Of a DNA stretch of 64,000 nucleotides, positions 35,321 through 59,684 are shown one piece after another. The first letter of the stretch is position 1, and each line of letters begins with the position of its first letter. Under the pieces are notes generated by a model. That model was not told the DNA's origin and ran no database searches. It was given only the letters and a program-made list of their open reading frames with translations. Where the stretch lies: the NCBI RefSeq assembly GCF_009914755.1, contig NC_060926.1; one strand, written 5' to 3'. Both the position numbers and the translations under genes were made by a program. The stretch comes from the human T2T-CHM13v2.0 reference genome, Homo sapiens.

Positions 35321-36835
35321 GGCCATGGATATTTTAAATTGGAAAATCTTTGTATGTGGAGGACTACAGGATAGATTATATTTGAAATAAATATTTAGAC
35401 ACTCCTCACTGCTGTCACCTTCCAGAAGGGTAGGCTGATTCACTGTGCTTACCACAGACTGCCTGCCACAGACCATGCTTTGTTAGAGATTAGATGAAGA
35501 TGAAGTGCTAAATAGAGAACAAGGAAGAGCATGAGACATTGCTGTGGTTCAATGCAAACAAAGCCTGCTTGTCTATTTCCAGCAACTGTAACATCCTTCA
35601 CAGGCTCCAGACTAAAGAGCCACGCTTTAACTCACTTTCTAACAAGCTTTGCTTAAGATGTTCTCAGGTCAAATCAAGAAACAGGTAAGTATGATTACCT
35701 GTTTATTATGATTATTAAAGGACCAAATTTTACTTTAGTCACTAAAGATAAGAGACTTAAAGAGATGTATAGCAATAAAGGGGAAATCCTAAGGGTTCTT
35801 TCAATACAAGTAGGATGTAGCATATGACCAGACAGAATTTCTAAAAATCTTAGGTAAAGTATTAATGGCACAAGCCAAGGAGTGCTTTGAAGATACCAGA
35901 GGTGAAGGCATGCAGTGAAAACTGCCTGAGAGCAGCAAAAAAGCAGCCCTTTGACTGAAGTCCTAAACCTACACACTTGATTAAACATCTCCTTCTCAGC
36001 ATTCCCCATAACGCTTATTCCCCAGCTTGGCTTTAAGACCCCCAAATGATGATATTGGCACTTCTCCAGGAAGGCTTAGGATCTTCTTTGTGCATGCTGT
36101 TCCTAACTCTGGCCATCTGTCTCTGGGATCAGCAGCAGGCCTGTCTTCAGCTCAGGGCTCCGGACAACCCACAGCCTGTGTACAAGTGAGAATGGTTGTC
36201 CCATCTTCCTTGCAGATGCAGCCATGAGTCAAGGTGTTCATTCTGGAGAATGGAACACAGACAAGACTTTAGACTCCATTTACCCTCGTGGCCTGACCTT
36301 GAGGTACAGGGTCCAACCCGAGGTACAGAGCCCATCCTGCACACCTATACCCAGAAGCCTTGCTCGTTTGCCTGCTACCTTTGAATTCTTTCATTGCTAA
36401 GCCTAAGAGTTGCAGCGTACAATAGTTTGGAACTTGGCACACAGTTTCCCAAAAATGCTTTGAAGATGAGGAGGAGGAGGGGGAAAAGAAGAATGATAAT
36501 AAAAATTGTTATAATTATTGTTAATCGTTAGTAATATTATTAATCACTATTGCAATTAGGTTTCTAGCATATTCTGTGAAAGGCCAATTTAATGAATAAT
36601 ATTGATGAACTCTCATACTAATAATATAAGTTTAAATTTTTATTCCTGGGTACAAGGGCTGTAAGCTCAAAACTAAAATGGAAAGAGAAGGAGATGAGGA
36701 GGAAGAGCGGGCAAGAGGGCAAAATGTTAACGATCTCTTGCTTGGGCCACATGTTAAAATTAGGGATGTTTGCTTTGGGCATTTTTCTACCTCCTTTCTA
36801 CACCTTTCCTAGGATGTCCTGTGCTCTGATTGTAA

Positions 36836-36865
36836 ACACATACACACACACACACACACACACAC
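36836..36865 (+). repeat. (CA)n microsatellite
   Basis: Direct observation. Confidence 0.95.
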
Positions 36866-39800
36866 CACCCCTCTTCTAGAAGTATGCCATGCTCTAGAAT
36901 TATCTACTTTTCTTTCCCCAGCAAACAAAATTCTATCTTCTTGGTACAGCTGGTTTGTAAGAAGGGAAACAATCGTGCTGAACAAAAACCATATTAAGAT
37001 GAGAATGACTGATGATTACATTGCTCTCCTGGAGGTTTTTTCTTCCTTGTTTTTATGTTTTCTTTGTTATTTGTTTGATTTCAAGGGGATGCTTACCAAA
37101 AAGAAGGACCATTCCTACCTGGATATTTGCTCCCGAAAACAGCTCCCCAGAGCTCTTCCTGCTTCCTATAATTTCTTTCCTTTCTTCCTTTATGAACTTC
37201 TGATTTTCTCAAGCCTCTTAATTTTTTTCTATAATGATTCCCTTACAGGAGAAGCAGGGACCCTGGTGGTGGGGTGATCTTAGGGAGGGAGAAATGGAAT
37301 TGAGGTTGTGCTCATTTTTTAGTTAGGGACTACACATACTAGGTATAAGGCAGGTTCTGAGGCCAGCTAGGAGGCCTTTGTGTTTATCATACATCCATAC
37401 CTGACAGCAGAACACACTCCAGGGGCTCAAAATCCTGGCCAAAAAGGGGTGTTTTCTGTAGTAAGTGGGACATGCGTGATTAGATTCAAGTCAAACATGA
37501 ATCAATGCAGAAAATGAGAGCAGTACAGCGTGCATAATATTACCGTCAGTGTATCGTTCAACTGACATTGAATTGCCTGAAATTTTACATGAAGGGAAAT
37601 TAGCTTTCTCATTAAATGACTTTGAGGTGAATAGCATTGTTCTATAGTGAACACTAAGTGAGCTAATGATGTCCCACTTTAAAACAAAGGATGATGTGGG
37701 AAGAGAAAGTTGTATTTTAATGGATCCCAATTATGCCTGAGTCACTATTACCAGAGGTTAATAAAGACAGACTCATTCTTAGAATATTGATCCCACAGTT
37801 TACAGAAAGCACAAAGATTATGATCTCAAAATGTGAGACAAAAGTGAATACATGATTTTAATTCATATTTCAGGACTTCAGTAGGAAATCATTCAAATTA
37901 CATATCAAAAGACATTTGCTAGATTTTCCCCAGCAACTTGCCTCCCCTTCATTTGCACAAACATAAAAGGAATGTGCTGTTCTTTTTCTTTTTGGTTTAA
38001 AAACAGAAATTGGAAGAACTTGTTGAGATTATATGAGACGAGAAAGCTCAAGAACAGTTAGAGGAATTGTCTCCTTGAAACCAAGTTTAGTATGGGGAAG
38101 GGCTTACTCAGCGAGTCCTGCCACCCCGGGTCCTCAGTGCTCTCCAGAGAGACCAATATCTGCAGGCTGCTCAGTGGGAAGGGTGAGCAATGTCACTGGT
38201 CTCCAAGTCCAAACAAAGGAGCCCTTCAGTGGCTATTTTGTTTTCTGCTTTGCCAATTAACAAGGCTGAAGAATATGCTACTCATGATTAATTCTGGAGA
38301 AAAAAATTTCATGCAACTAGAATTTTTTCCAAGATTTAAAACAAAACAAACAATATTTTCAACCCATATTCAAAATCTTCTTAGGACAGCTGATATTGTG
38401 CAGTGTGGAGAGTGCTTAGGAGAATGTGCTATTTGTTTTCACCCTTTTCCAGGCCTAGTCATCATGGTAAAGCTCAAGGCCAACAAAAGACAAATGCAGA
38501 GGCGAGGCTGCCACTGGACAAAATGTGAGTGGGCAGCCCAGAGTGGAACACAGAGGGAGCTGAGGGGTGAAGGAGGCAGCTCATCACTTGTGAGCTATGG
38601 GATTCTGGACCAGTAGCTTAACCTTGTGGAGCTCAGTCTCTTTATTTGTAAAATGGGAGACTGGACTAGATTAGGGGTCTCACCCTTCCCCATCAGGAAA
38701 GGTAATCAGCCTTTCCTGATTACCCCATTTATTGTTCTACTTCCCTGTCAACACTCCATCTTTTACTCCCTAGCCATGACTTTTTATTGGGCATAATTCT
38801 TATTCAGTACTTACAGGTTTACATTTTATCAGCAACTGTAGAATTTCTGTCCTGGCATGTGTACATTGCAGATCATTCCTTCTGTGGATAACTGAGGGGA
38901 GAAAAAAGAAATGGAGGTTAAAAATAGAAAAGGAACTAAAACAGAGATGAAGAGATTTTTGAAATGAAAACTTGGGCAGGACCAAGGAAGACAAGCAGTA
39001 ATAATCCTGGACTTTGAAAGTATTTTCAGTGGCATCTGTGAGGAGGAAAAGGGAGAGATGCATGTTCCTGGCATAGAGTTACCAAAGGCAGATGCAAGCT
39101 GCAAAACTCTGGGTATCAGAGGAGATCAATTCTCAGAGGCTTTTCCATCTCAGGCCTCCAACATATCCCTCAGACACAGATATTTAGGAAGCAAGGCCCA
39201 GAAGGTGGGAGTCAAAGTGTCTTAGAATGGGGTTCCCCAACACGCAGACTTAAGGATTTTAATGTGAGAATTTTATTTAGACATAATACAAAGAAATAAA
39301 TGCAGAGTATTAACGCATCATTGCTGTGGTCAACCGGGGCTCAGTCCCTCTAGAGACCCCTGGAACACTTTGAAGCATTCTCTACTGAGTTGGTCCACCT
39401 GAGGGGTGAGAGCTGGTACATCCATCCACCAACTCTTTTTTGCTCCTGAAGACATTAACTGTCCAGTGCTTCTAGCCTGTTCCTGACCAAATTTGCTCCT
39501 GCAGCTGGAAAAAAGCCTTTAGGCAGAGTCACAGACACTTGCAGTGAGAGGCCCTTGATGTATAAGGGATATGGGCAGGACAATGGTGTGTCTGATGGAA
39601 AGCACCAAGTCATAAAATAAGAAAGACCATGAACGTTCAGAGGAAGACCAATCTCATCAAGAACTCTTCTCACTGCGGATATTTTCAGCAATCCTACAGA
39701 ATCATTTATACATCTCTTATTGACACTATGGAAAAGAAGGTCCTGAAAAGTATCTTTCTAGTGAGTATGAAATGGTAAAGGGTTGAATATCCATGTTGTA

Positions 39801-40297
39801 GTCATAATTACTGGTTTAAGATGTATGAAACTCATATTTAGTATAAGAAAACACATTTCTAATGGTTTTCAGAAGTGTACTCCAAACATTATTTCCCCTA
39901 AGCTGATTCTCACCATATGAGTTTAAATTCTTGAACCACAAATCCCTGGCCTCAGAGTTCTTAAGAACATGATCTCCATAGTTGAAGAGCACTATTGTAT
40001 AGCCTTTTGTTATTTCGTTTTTTACTTATATTGTTCAACCCCATTAGAGACTGAATTCTTTCTCTATAATGCTGCAGTTCTCTGTCCCCCTCATAGCACC
40101 CAGAACAATGCCTTATACATACTAGTTTTTCAATATGCTTGTTGATGCCATCCTAAATTTTTTCAATAGTTGCACAGTTGTATTTCCACAACTATTAAGG
40201 AATGAAATACATTTACAGGAAAAATATATTTTGACAAATAGCCAAAGATACGAACAATCCACACAAGAGGAGGAGGTTCACATAAGAGTAGAAAACA

Positions 40298-41192
<895 letters not shown>

Positions 41193-42004
41193 TCTTATTG
41201 AGTTCTAGAATGTAATAAATGCTAAGACCTTTATGTAATAGTAGCTTACATTATTGAATGCTTACCATGTGTTATGCCAGTTCTAAGAGTTTACATATAA
41301 TTAATTCTCATAATCATATGAGGTGGGTACTATTATTCCTATTTTTTAGAGAGGAAACCATGCCGCAGAGGTGGTAACTTTCTGAAGTTCACACGGATGG
41401 TAAGTGGCAGAGTCAGGATTTAAACACAGCCAGTCTGCCGGAGCTCACACTCTTAGCCATACATTATGTATTACCTCATTAAACTTTGGAAAATGTAACA
41501 TAAACCAAGCAGATAATTCAAAGGAAAGAAAAGACACATGGATATGTATAGAAGCACTCATTAGTATTACTAAAAACTAGAAAAAGCTCACATTCACGCC
41601 TATAGAAAAATAGGTAGACAGCAAGTATGATACATTGATACAATAAAACATTATATTGCTGGTAACTTATGGGACTATAGAAAACAATAGCAGATGAGAA
41701 AAAGTACAATTTAGAATGATAAAATATTGGTTCATAACAACTGTGCAATTGTTTTTTATGCAAGCAGTAGAATGGAAGAAGTCTTTAGGGTTTGTGAAAA
41801 CATCGGAATTTGAGGGTTTTTTTTTAGTACATGTTGCTATTGCTATTTAGATTTTTTTTCCATTGTAAAGTTGATTAAATACCCAATTAAAAGTAAATTT
41901 ATTAAATATTTAATATTAAAGGAAGAGAGGCTTGTGAGGTTAAAACAGATTTTTTATTAGGAAAGTTTCATTTGAAGACCATAAATAAAAATAATAAGGT
42001 ACTG

Positions 42005-42574
42005 CAGTGATGGTTAATTTTGGATGTCAATTTGACTGGGTTAAGGAATACCCAGATAGCTGGTAAAACATTATTTCTGGGTATGTCTGTGAGAGTGTGC
42101 CCAAAAGAGATTAGCATTTGATTCAGTAGATGGAATTAAGAAGATCCGCCCTTAACAGTGTAGGTGGGCACAATTCAATTCATTGAGGGCCCAGATAGAA
42201 CAAAAATGTGGAGGAAGGGTGAATTCACTCTCTCTTTTTGAGCCGGGATGTCCATTTTCTCCTGTCCTCAGACACTGGAGTTCCTGCATCTCAGGCCTTC
42301 CTACTCCAGGACTTAGACCCAGCACAAACCTCCACCCTACCTGGTTCCCAGGCCTTTGGCCTCTGATTGAGAGTTACAACATTGCTTCTCTAGTTCTTAG
42401 GCCTTTGGGCTGAATTACACCACCAGCTTCCCTAGTTTTTCAGCATGCAGACAGCATACGATGGGCCTTCTCAGTCTTTATAATCCTGTGAACCAATTTC
42501 CATAATAAATCCCCTCTTGTGTGTCTATACATATCCTTTTGGCTCTGTTTCTCTGGAAAGCCCTGACTAATACA
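42005..42574 (+). mobile_element. ERVL solo LTR (MLT2 family)
   Basis: tgatggttaatttt..gtcaatttgactgg..cccagatagctggtaaaacattatttctggg...ccctgactaataca. Confidence 0.85.
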
Positions 42575-42874
42575 TGTACTAATAAGAGAAAAATTATAAA
42601 TGAAGAAGGTAAACTCACATTTGCTCACGTGTCCTTGATCTGTTGTAATCCTGCCTGCCCCCTAAAGCCTTGCTCCAGTGCCACCATCCTGAAGCTGTCG
42701 ACCAGAAGCTTCCTCTGGGCCAATGTGATACTTAATTTGTTTCTCTCTCTCAAGGCACTTGCCTGTTTTCACCTTGTTTTATTGCTGTCTGTGTATTTGG
42801 CCTCCTCTTAACCATAAGCCCTATAAAGGTAGCTACCATGTGTCTTCATTTTTTATTTTTTTACTGTATTCATT

Positions 42875-43147
42875 CTGAGGCAGACTCTCTGTTGCCCAGG
42901 CTGGAGTGCAGTGGGCCAAGATGGCGCCACCTCCCGAGTTCATGCAATCATTGTGCCTCGGCCTCCCAAGTAGCTGGAACTATAGGTGCGCACCATTATG
43001 CCCAGCTAATTTTTGTATGTTTTATAGAGGTGGGGTTTCATCATGTTGGCCAGGCTGGTCTTTATCTGCTGATCTCAAGTGATCTGCCCACCTCAGCCTC
43101 CCAAAGTGCTGGGATTGCAGGAGAGGCATGAGCCACTGCATCTGGCT
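42875..43147 (-). mobile_element. Alu
   Basis: Antisense Alu with an internal deletion. Confidence 0.9.
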
Positions 43148-46100
43148 GTGTCTTCAACATCTTTGTAGGCCCCAGTTTTGCCCCACATAATGCCTTACAC
43201 CTGGTGGATGCCGAACATATGCTTGTCACATGATTTAACTCTTTTCACAAAAGTAAATGAAAGACTTCGAAGACACAGTTTTGAACAATAAGCAACTGTG
43301 ATCAGGGATATTAGAATGGTTGTCCTTAGGAAAGTTCTTTCTTCTGCAAGATTGAGGAGGTAAGTGGTGCAGCTCTGATGGACCCCAGAAGGACAGCAGG
43401 AACATAAGGTGATTTTGATTCCATGAGCTCTGAGGACAACATGTCTGTTTTTTTTTTTTAAAGGCATGTTTCCTTTTCTAGCTCCTTTAATCATAGTTCA
43501 TTGGAATGAACAAAGTGGATTGGACATTCTTTTTCTATTTTTATTTTAATTTTAGATTCAGGGGGTACATATGCAGGTGTTACAAGGGTATATTGCATGG
43601 GGCTGAGGTGTAAGCTTCTATTGATCCATCACCCAGATAGCGAACATAGTATCCAGTAGGAAGCTTTTCAGCCCTTGCTCCCTCCCTCCTTTTGGAGTCC
43701 CCAGTGTCTACTACTCTCATCTTTATGAATATTCTTTCTAACTAATAGAAGTTTTCTTGTCATGCCAATGACTATATTGGTCTTTTACCAAGTAGAAAAT
43801 GACATATGGTGTCAAAAATGAATTTTTCAAGGCCCAAGGATTCTAAACCCTCTTCATGCTGATTGCAACCTTGAAGACAATGTAGCTCTGACTTGGATGG
43901 CATATAAAATGTCTGATGGTTCTTCCTTCCCTCTCTGTCTGACGTGCAGGAACACCTTGAAAGTTGGAATTGTAAGCTCTTTGAGTTCAGTAACTAGGTT
44001 ATAAATTATATACAATATATGAACAATGCCTAGTTAAATTTTAACTGCTATGATTTTATCTACTGCCAGTCACAAAGATGTAAATGCCTCCTTTCCCTAC
44101 TCGTCTGTAAGCAGATAATTCCTCTGTCTTGCTCATTAAAATACATTGAGTCCCCCTTGGAATTTTTCTTTGCGTAGCTTTTAGTTTATTGTCTGTCCTT
44201 TCATCACTAGAATTTAAGTTTCATGAGAGCAAAGATATTGTCTGTTTTGTTCAACTGTTGTGTCCTGAAAGCCTACAACAGTGCCTGGTGCTCAATAAAT
44301 ACTGTATGTTGAATAAATGAATGAATAAGTAAGCATAGTTCTGGTTGTGGATTTAGAAGTCTTTTGTATTACCCTGAATATCTTACATGCACACACACAA
44401 ATATGACTCTGCTGTGACCCTCCCTCCCCTTCTGCCCTTCCCCACCAGCTCATCACATGCACTAAGTAATTGTTGGCTATGCATAAGGATCCATCTGGCT
44501 TTCACTGGAGAAAAAATGAAAATAGTTTGCTTTTACGAAAACTCATGTGGGGAACTTACATCTCAAAAAAGATGTTTGTAATACCAAAATGTATTTTGTT
44601 TTATTAAATCCAGATTGCTGGGTGGAGTGCCTTAGCTAAAAGTCACTCTCAAGCAAAATGAATTGCTTGTTATTCTCACAAAGAATTTACAGGAAGCAAT
44701 TTGTAAAGGTTGCCATCAGGCTGAAGTCATTGTTGGCACTTGGAATCACTGTGTCATCAACCTCAGAGCAATCATTTAACCTGGGTCTGCTCAGAGAAAT
44801 CAACATAATGCAAGGAAAATTGAATTCTACTGCCTCAGATTACAATCACTTTTACATTATTCCAATTTGATCCTGGAGTTTAAAATATTTGGCCTATCAG
44901 TTTCTCTTATCTTGCCACCATGTAGAAATGTCTTTTTACATGTGCTTAACACTGGTCCCGTCATTACCAGCTAGTTCACAAATAGCTTTAAAAAACCTAC
45001 ACTTTCCTCTTTGTGCTCTGGAAGTTGCTGTAGGAATAGCTAGGAAACTAATGGTTTGCCATCTATTCAGGCCCATTTCATCCAGTAGCCTGCCTGCTGG
45101 TTAAATAGCAAAAATAATTCTACTCCTCTTGAGTGAACTATCCTCCAATCTGACAGATGGGAGAATTATTGTAGGTAGGCCTATGAGGGCATCATTATAT
45201 CAGGGAAACACTGAATCCCGGCATGAAATGAAGATGGACAGGCCTGTGCTCCCAATTTCTCCCAATGCATTTATTCTCATCACTCTGGGAAAATAGGACT
45301 AAAAAGATGGGAACACAGATTCATATCATTAGCAAATGTTAGATCAGTTCCCTATATTTCTAAAACCAGTTTCCAGCACCAAATTGGAAAACAAGGTTTT
45401 GACAAAACCACAATGATCATTTTTAAACCTTATCCAAAAAAATGATAATTCATTTACTGATTCTGCAAAAATATATGGAATGCTGTGAGCAATCACCACA
45501 AAGTAGACTCTGAAAATAACATAGAAACATCGTACTGCACAGATTCCTCAACTAAGTGATTTTGAATGAGTGTTTTCCTTGCTATGTACATTGAGAATAG
45601 TCATATACTGACTTTTAGATCCCTTGACTGCCTCAGATGGAAGCTGCAGAACCATCAGGTGTAAGTGCTTCAGGATGTTGCAATTATTCTAGAAGAAGAC
45701 TGAAGAGAGAAGTATGTGGTTCTCTCTCTCTCCTCTCCAAACACAACCACAGCCTTCGTTTAGCAGCTGAGATTGCTGTTTAGAAGTCTTGTCATCCAGC
45801 CAGTCTGCTTTTTGGACCTCCCAAGTTGAATAAGATTTCTTAATTGAGTCAAGCCATACATCTGCTGACTGTCTTAGACCAGTGTGGCCTGTTGGCTGTT
45901 TTCACCCTCCAACAGCTAATGCTTGTGGCGGGACTTGATGTGGCCCGATAACACTTCCATAGCCAACCTGTTGTTCCTATCACTTCTCCATTCCACAGCT
46001 GATTAGACAGCTTCCTGTCCATGGTTCTTATGCATCTGGGCCAAAGAAATTAATTTGCACTCATTATTCATAGTTGCAGCTGACTAACTGGACTCGGGTC

Positions 46101-46296
46101 ACTTTTTTTGTCTCATCAGATAATGAAAGTCTACTTAGTTAATTATTGCAATATTTGGTCAACAGATACCTATTGGAAACTTACTATGTACCCAGTACTG
46201 TGCAAGGTGAGTAGGATACAACAGACCATACAAGTTCTAGTAGCCTAAAGAAATTAATATACTTCTCTAATTTCTTCCTAGTTTTGCAATTTTTTA

Positions 46297-47126
<830 letters not shown>

Positions 47127-47874
47127 TAATTTAATTCCAAGTTCTAATGAATGTCTCCCATAAATGTGTATTTTCAAATCTTCATTATTTTATGTTGTAT
47201 TTTGTCATTTATTTAATCCTTATGTATAACAGTCTATTTCTGGGGTTTCTCTTCTGTTTCCGTGACATATTGTTATTTCACTTCCTCATTTTCCTTTCTC
47301 TTTTTTAGAATATTTTTATCTTCATCTCTTTATTTTCCTAGATGAATATTATAACATTCTTCTAAATTCTAAAAAGAATCTCATTGTGATTTTGTTTGGG
47401 ATTGAATTCATTTTTTTAAATAACATTGAGTTGACATATTTGCAATATTTTATTCTTCCTGGGTATTATGACCCAACAAGTTTTATTATTTTGTTTATAT
47501 AGCCAAACAATTATTAAGTCTACTTCTCTCTTTACATATTTTATTGCTATTGTAAATTATACCTTTTTAAAATTAGGTTTTTCTAGATTGTAATTGTTGA
47601 TATTTAGGAATATTAATGACTTTTCTATATTTTATATTTTATCTGGCTATTTACTGTTCTATTAAGCCTAAAAATGTTAGCTGATTCCTTGGGCATTTTG
47701 TTAGATACATAATGGTTTTCAAATAATAAGGTTTTTGTTTCTACCATTACTTATTTCTCTTGGGTTTATATTATCTCTTTTCTTACATTGGCTTGAACTC
47801 CCAGAATAATATTAAATTGAAATGATGCTAGATGGCACATCTCTAATTATTTTTCTTTTTAAAAAAATTATAAT

Positions 47875-49460
<1,586 letters not shown>

Positions 49461-50362
49461 GAAGGCAAATCTCTATAACATCATCTCAGATACTTCCTCT
49501 CATGCCTTAAGCTAATCAGAAACAGTGAGGAAAGAAGAGTAGCACAAAGTATGGGATAAAACATTGCTATATGGAAAAGTTGGCCTTTCATAAATTTCAT
49601 AGCTATGACTAAATTTTCCTTCTTAGTGTTTTGGCTAAGATCTAGTAATTGTGGTACTATTATTAAAATTGAATTAGAAACTGGAAATGTATTTGTCATA
49701 AGGCTTATTCTAAAACCTCAGGTTGACATTGCTATAACTGTCACAAAATTATAGTTTGAATGTCAGGTTTCCTCCAAAAATAGTATTTCATGCTGATTTA
49801 AAAGGCAATGTAGCTAGTAAGGAATAAATTATGATTTTGAATAACAATATCAAGAATGTTCATTCTTCTAATGTGCTAGCTTCTAGAAAAGCTACCGGAA
49901 GTCAACATTATATGAGAAGCTGACTTTTTCCATAAATATGATGGCATAATAAATTCAGAATTGAATTTATAACTATGGATCAAATATCCAAATTTCCCTA
50001 GCAATGACTACAAACACCATATTAAATAAAATATATAAATGTTATATAATATAAAGCTTTGTTAAGGTTATGTGTAAACTAACCTATTAATTTACTAACT
50101 AGGGCAACACAGTAACACATCATGTGACTTTAGATTTCCTAGAGTATCATTATGTTTTATAAACATTTCCCATTGTCATTTCTTCCTATTTTAAATGAAG
50201 TAAATTAAAATGTGAAGGAACACATTTATCAAGGTCATAAATTGCAGAAGGGCTTCTTTGGAGTGTTGGTTTAGAGCAAGGGCTTAGAGTAGAGGTTTTG
50301 GAGTAAGGCATACTGGGGTACAAAGCCTGGTTCTGCCCGTCATTCATTTAAAAGCATTTCGT

Positions 50363-50628
50363 GGCCAGGTGTGGTGGTCACACCTGTAATCCCAGCACTT
50401 TGAGAGGTCAAGATGGGAGAATCACTTGAGGCCAGGAGTTTGAGACCAGCCCGGGCAACATAATGAGGCTCTGTCTCTACAAAAAAATTTTTAAAAATTA
50501 GCTGGGCATGATGGAATGCACCTATGGTCACAGCTACTTGTAGGCTAAGGCGGGAGGATTCTTGAGCTTGAGAGGTTGAGGTTGCAGTGACCTGGGTGAC
50601 AGAGCGAGACCTTGTCTCAAAAAAAAAA
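50363..50628 (+). mobile_element. AluJ-like
   Basis: Alu motifs; deletion in the right arm. Confidence 0.9.
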
Positions 50629-52549
50629 TGTAGTGAGTTATAGATGCTGGGGATATAACAATACACAAAACAGAAAATATCCCTGATCTCATGGAGTTTA
50701 CATTTTAGTACCATTTATTAGTCACTATGTTTAGAAAGACTTTTTTTTATATCTAGGAGCTTCAACTTCCTCATTTGTAAAGTGAGAATAATAGTATTTG
50801 CCTCATAGAATCATTTTAAAAATGAAATGAGACAACGTATGTAAAGCATCTAGCTCATGTAAGAACTCAATAACTGGTAGCTGGTTTTTGTATTTTAAAC
50901 ATCTGCTTTTTAGAAAAATTGTTAGAGATACTCATGGTAGAAAAGGATAACATTTAAATAATTTATAATCTTATTATCTAGAGATAACTGCTATCTTATT
51001 AGTATTTTAATATTTACTTCTAGATTTTCTACTATGCATATATTTTTAAAGAGACAATCCTATATCCATTTCACTCAATTGCCCTTTAGGAGGGTTGAAC
51101 CAGTGTATACTCCCACCAGTCATATGTGGAAGTGCCTGTCTCTCTCTGGGGATATTTAACATCAATTGAAAACTTTTTGAAAGAATGCTGCCCTTATTAT
51201 ACCATGCAAATTTTGCTATAGCTATTGACTATCACTTCCAAGTAAAAAAGACCACCAGGTCTATGCATAAGTAGAGAACTTGACATAGTGTCCTCCTCCT
51301 CCTTTTCCTCTTTCTTCCTCCTCCTCCTCCTTCTTTCTTCTTCTTCTTTTAAGAGAGATAAAGTCTGTATCTCTCTGTCACCCAGGTTGGAGTACAGTGG
51401 CATGATCATAGCTCACTGCAGCCTCAAACTCCTGGGCTCAAGCGATCCTAAAAACAGAGTGTCTTCTAAAGCTATGTATGGACTAGAATCATAACCAGAG
51501 CCAGAAAACCATCAGGGCACCAAGAAATTATTCTCTCTGCCTCCCTCTCACAACCCTCATCAGCAGACTCATGGCATTTCTGCTTCTCTCAGTGCACCTG
51601 CTGACCCCATCTTCCAGAGCCTGGTTTCCAGCTTGCACAAGGCCTGTAGTGGCCGCTTCATGACATTTCAGTCCAGCTCTTATGGTTATTTAACCTCACT
51701 TCAGTTTTTTCAATTCCAAATTCCTGAACAAGGAGTGTAATTGACCCAGCCTATCTTCTTCTGAATTAGTACATCCAAGTCTGGAGTCACTGAACAGCCT
51801 CGGCTCAAGTGCCTATCCTTTAATCTGATCAGCTGTGGCCAGGGGACAGAGTCATGTGATATAGAGCATGACCATTAGAGCATCTGGGGGTGTGGGCAGG
51901 GAAGGGCATATGAGAAGTGAGGCATATCTGGAACATTCTAACCAAGGATCTTTGCCAGGATAAGGGGTAGTCTAATAGAAATAATTTTGATGGTCAAATA
52001 TTTGGAGGATATTTTAATGGTTTCTTCAGGTAATATTTAGAATATTTGATATGTAAACTGCCCCCTCAAATTGAGAATGTATAATCACCATTTCTAGAGT
52101 AAGCAAGGTGTACTAGAAAAAATCATAGACTCTTAAATCAGATGATTTTATAGTAACGTATAGCAAATACTCAATAAGTATTACATACAAATGATAGAAG
52201 GTTTAAAGATCAGGTTATCTGTCATTCTGCTGCCTTGAAAATAGATTTTCTGCTTTCTTGAACTACCCATTTCATCAGCAGTAAGAGCTTTCCTTTGTAA
52301 TCTGAAGTTATGGAGATGACATTTGTCTTTAAAATGTAGGAACTAATCCTAACTAGTGGTGATTTTTCATCTTTTGATTCTGCTTAGCGTACTGGGTCAT
52401 CACTGTATCAAAGAGCTTCTGAATGTGGGCTAAAATAATGGCTAAACTCAAAGTCACATAGCCTTGAATATAATCCTCTATCTACAAAATCAAATATCTT
52501 CTTATCTCAGGGCCTAGTTCTGATTTTTGTCTTATACAAATGAATTGGT

Positions 52550-53545
52550 GGGAGAAAATTATTTGCAAACCACATATTCAGTAAAGGCTTTACGTCAAGA
52601 ATATATATAAATAGCTCAAAACTCAACAGTAAAAACCAAACAGTTCAATTTTTAAATGAGCAAAAAGCATAGAGAAAAATTTCACAGAAGACAGTGTAGG
52701 AGAGGCAAATAAGCACATCCCAACACGATCAAGATCATTAGTCATTAGAGAAGTGCAAACTGAAACCACAACAAGGCATCACTACACACATTTTGGAATG
52801 GATAATGGGAAAACATAGTGATAATAACGGAAACTGGCAAGGATCCAGAGAAGATGGGTCATACATTGCAGGTGAGATTGTAAAATGGTACAGCCTCTCT
52901 GGAAAGGAGACATTTTCTAACAAAACTAAACATGTGACTCAGCAGTTGAGCACTCTTGGGCATGTATTCCAGAAAAATGAAAACTTATGTTCACACAAAA
53001 ATCTGAATGTGGATGTTTACTACAGCATTATTTGTGCTAGCAAAATACTCAGAATAACCCAAATGCCCTTTAATGGTTGAATGATTGAACAAACCCTGGT
53101 ACATTCATACCATGGAATACCACTCAGCAATCAAAAGGAATGAATTATTGATACATGAAACAACCTGCATAAACCTCAGAGGTGTTATGCTTAGTGAAAA
53201 AAGTCAATCTCAAAAGGTTCCATGCAGTAAGACTCCATGTAAATAACGTGTTTGAAGTAAAAGCAATTAGAGATTGAGAACAGATTAGCAGTTGCCAAGT
53301 GACAAGGAGACAGGTTAGGTAGGGGGTACAAATACAGGCAGATAGCATGAAAGATTTCTTTTGCAATGATTGAACAGCTGTATCTTGATTGTAATGGTGG
53401 TTATACAAATTTATATAGGGGATAAAATTGCATAGAATTAGGCACACATGCACACACCCATGTACATGCAAATGAATGCAGGTTAAACAATGGTGACAAC
53501 TGAGTAACATAGCAACTGTGATGGGTACATTAACAGTAATGTGCC
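52550..53545 (+). mobile_element. Old L1M 3' fragment interrupted by the full-length L1 (resumes 59700-59830)
   Basis: Degenerate L1 3' ORF2/3'UTR motifs (tatttgcaaaccacatat, aaacttatgttcacacaaaa, catggaataccactcagcaat). Confidence 0.8.

Positions 53546-59684
<6,139 letters not shown>

Noticed and set aside
38092-38616. 174-aa + strand ORF
   Set aside because: No motif or splice context; consistent with chance.
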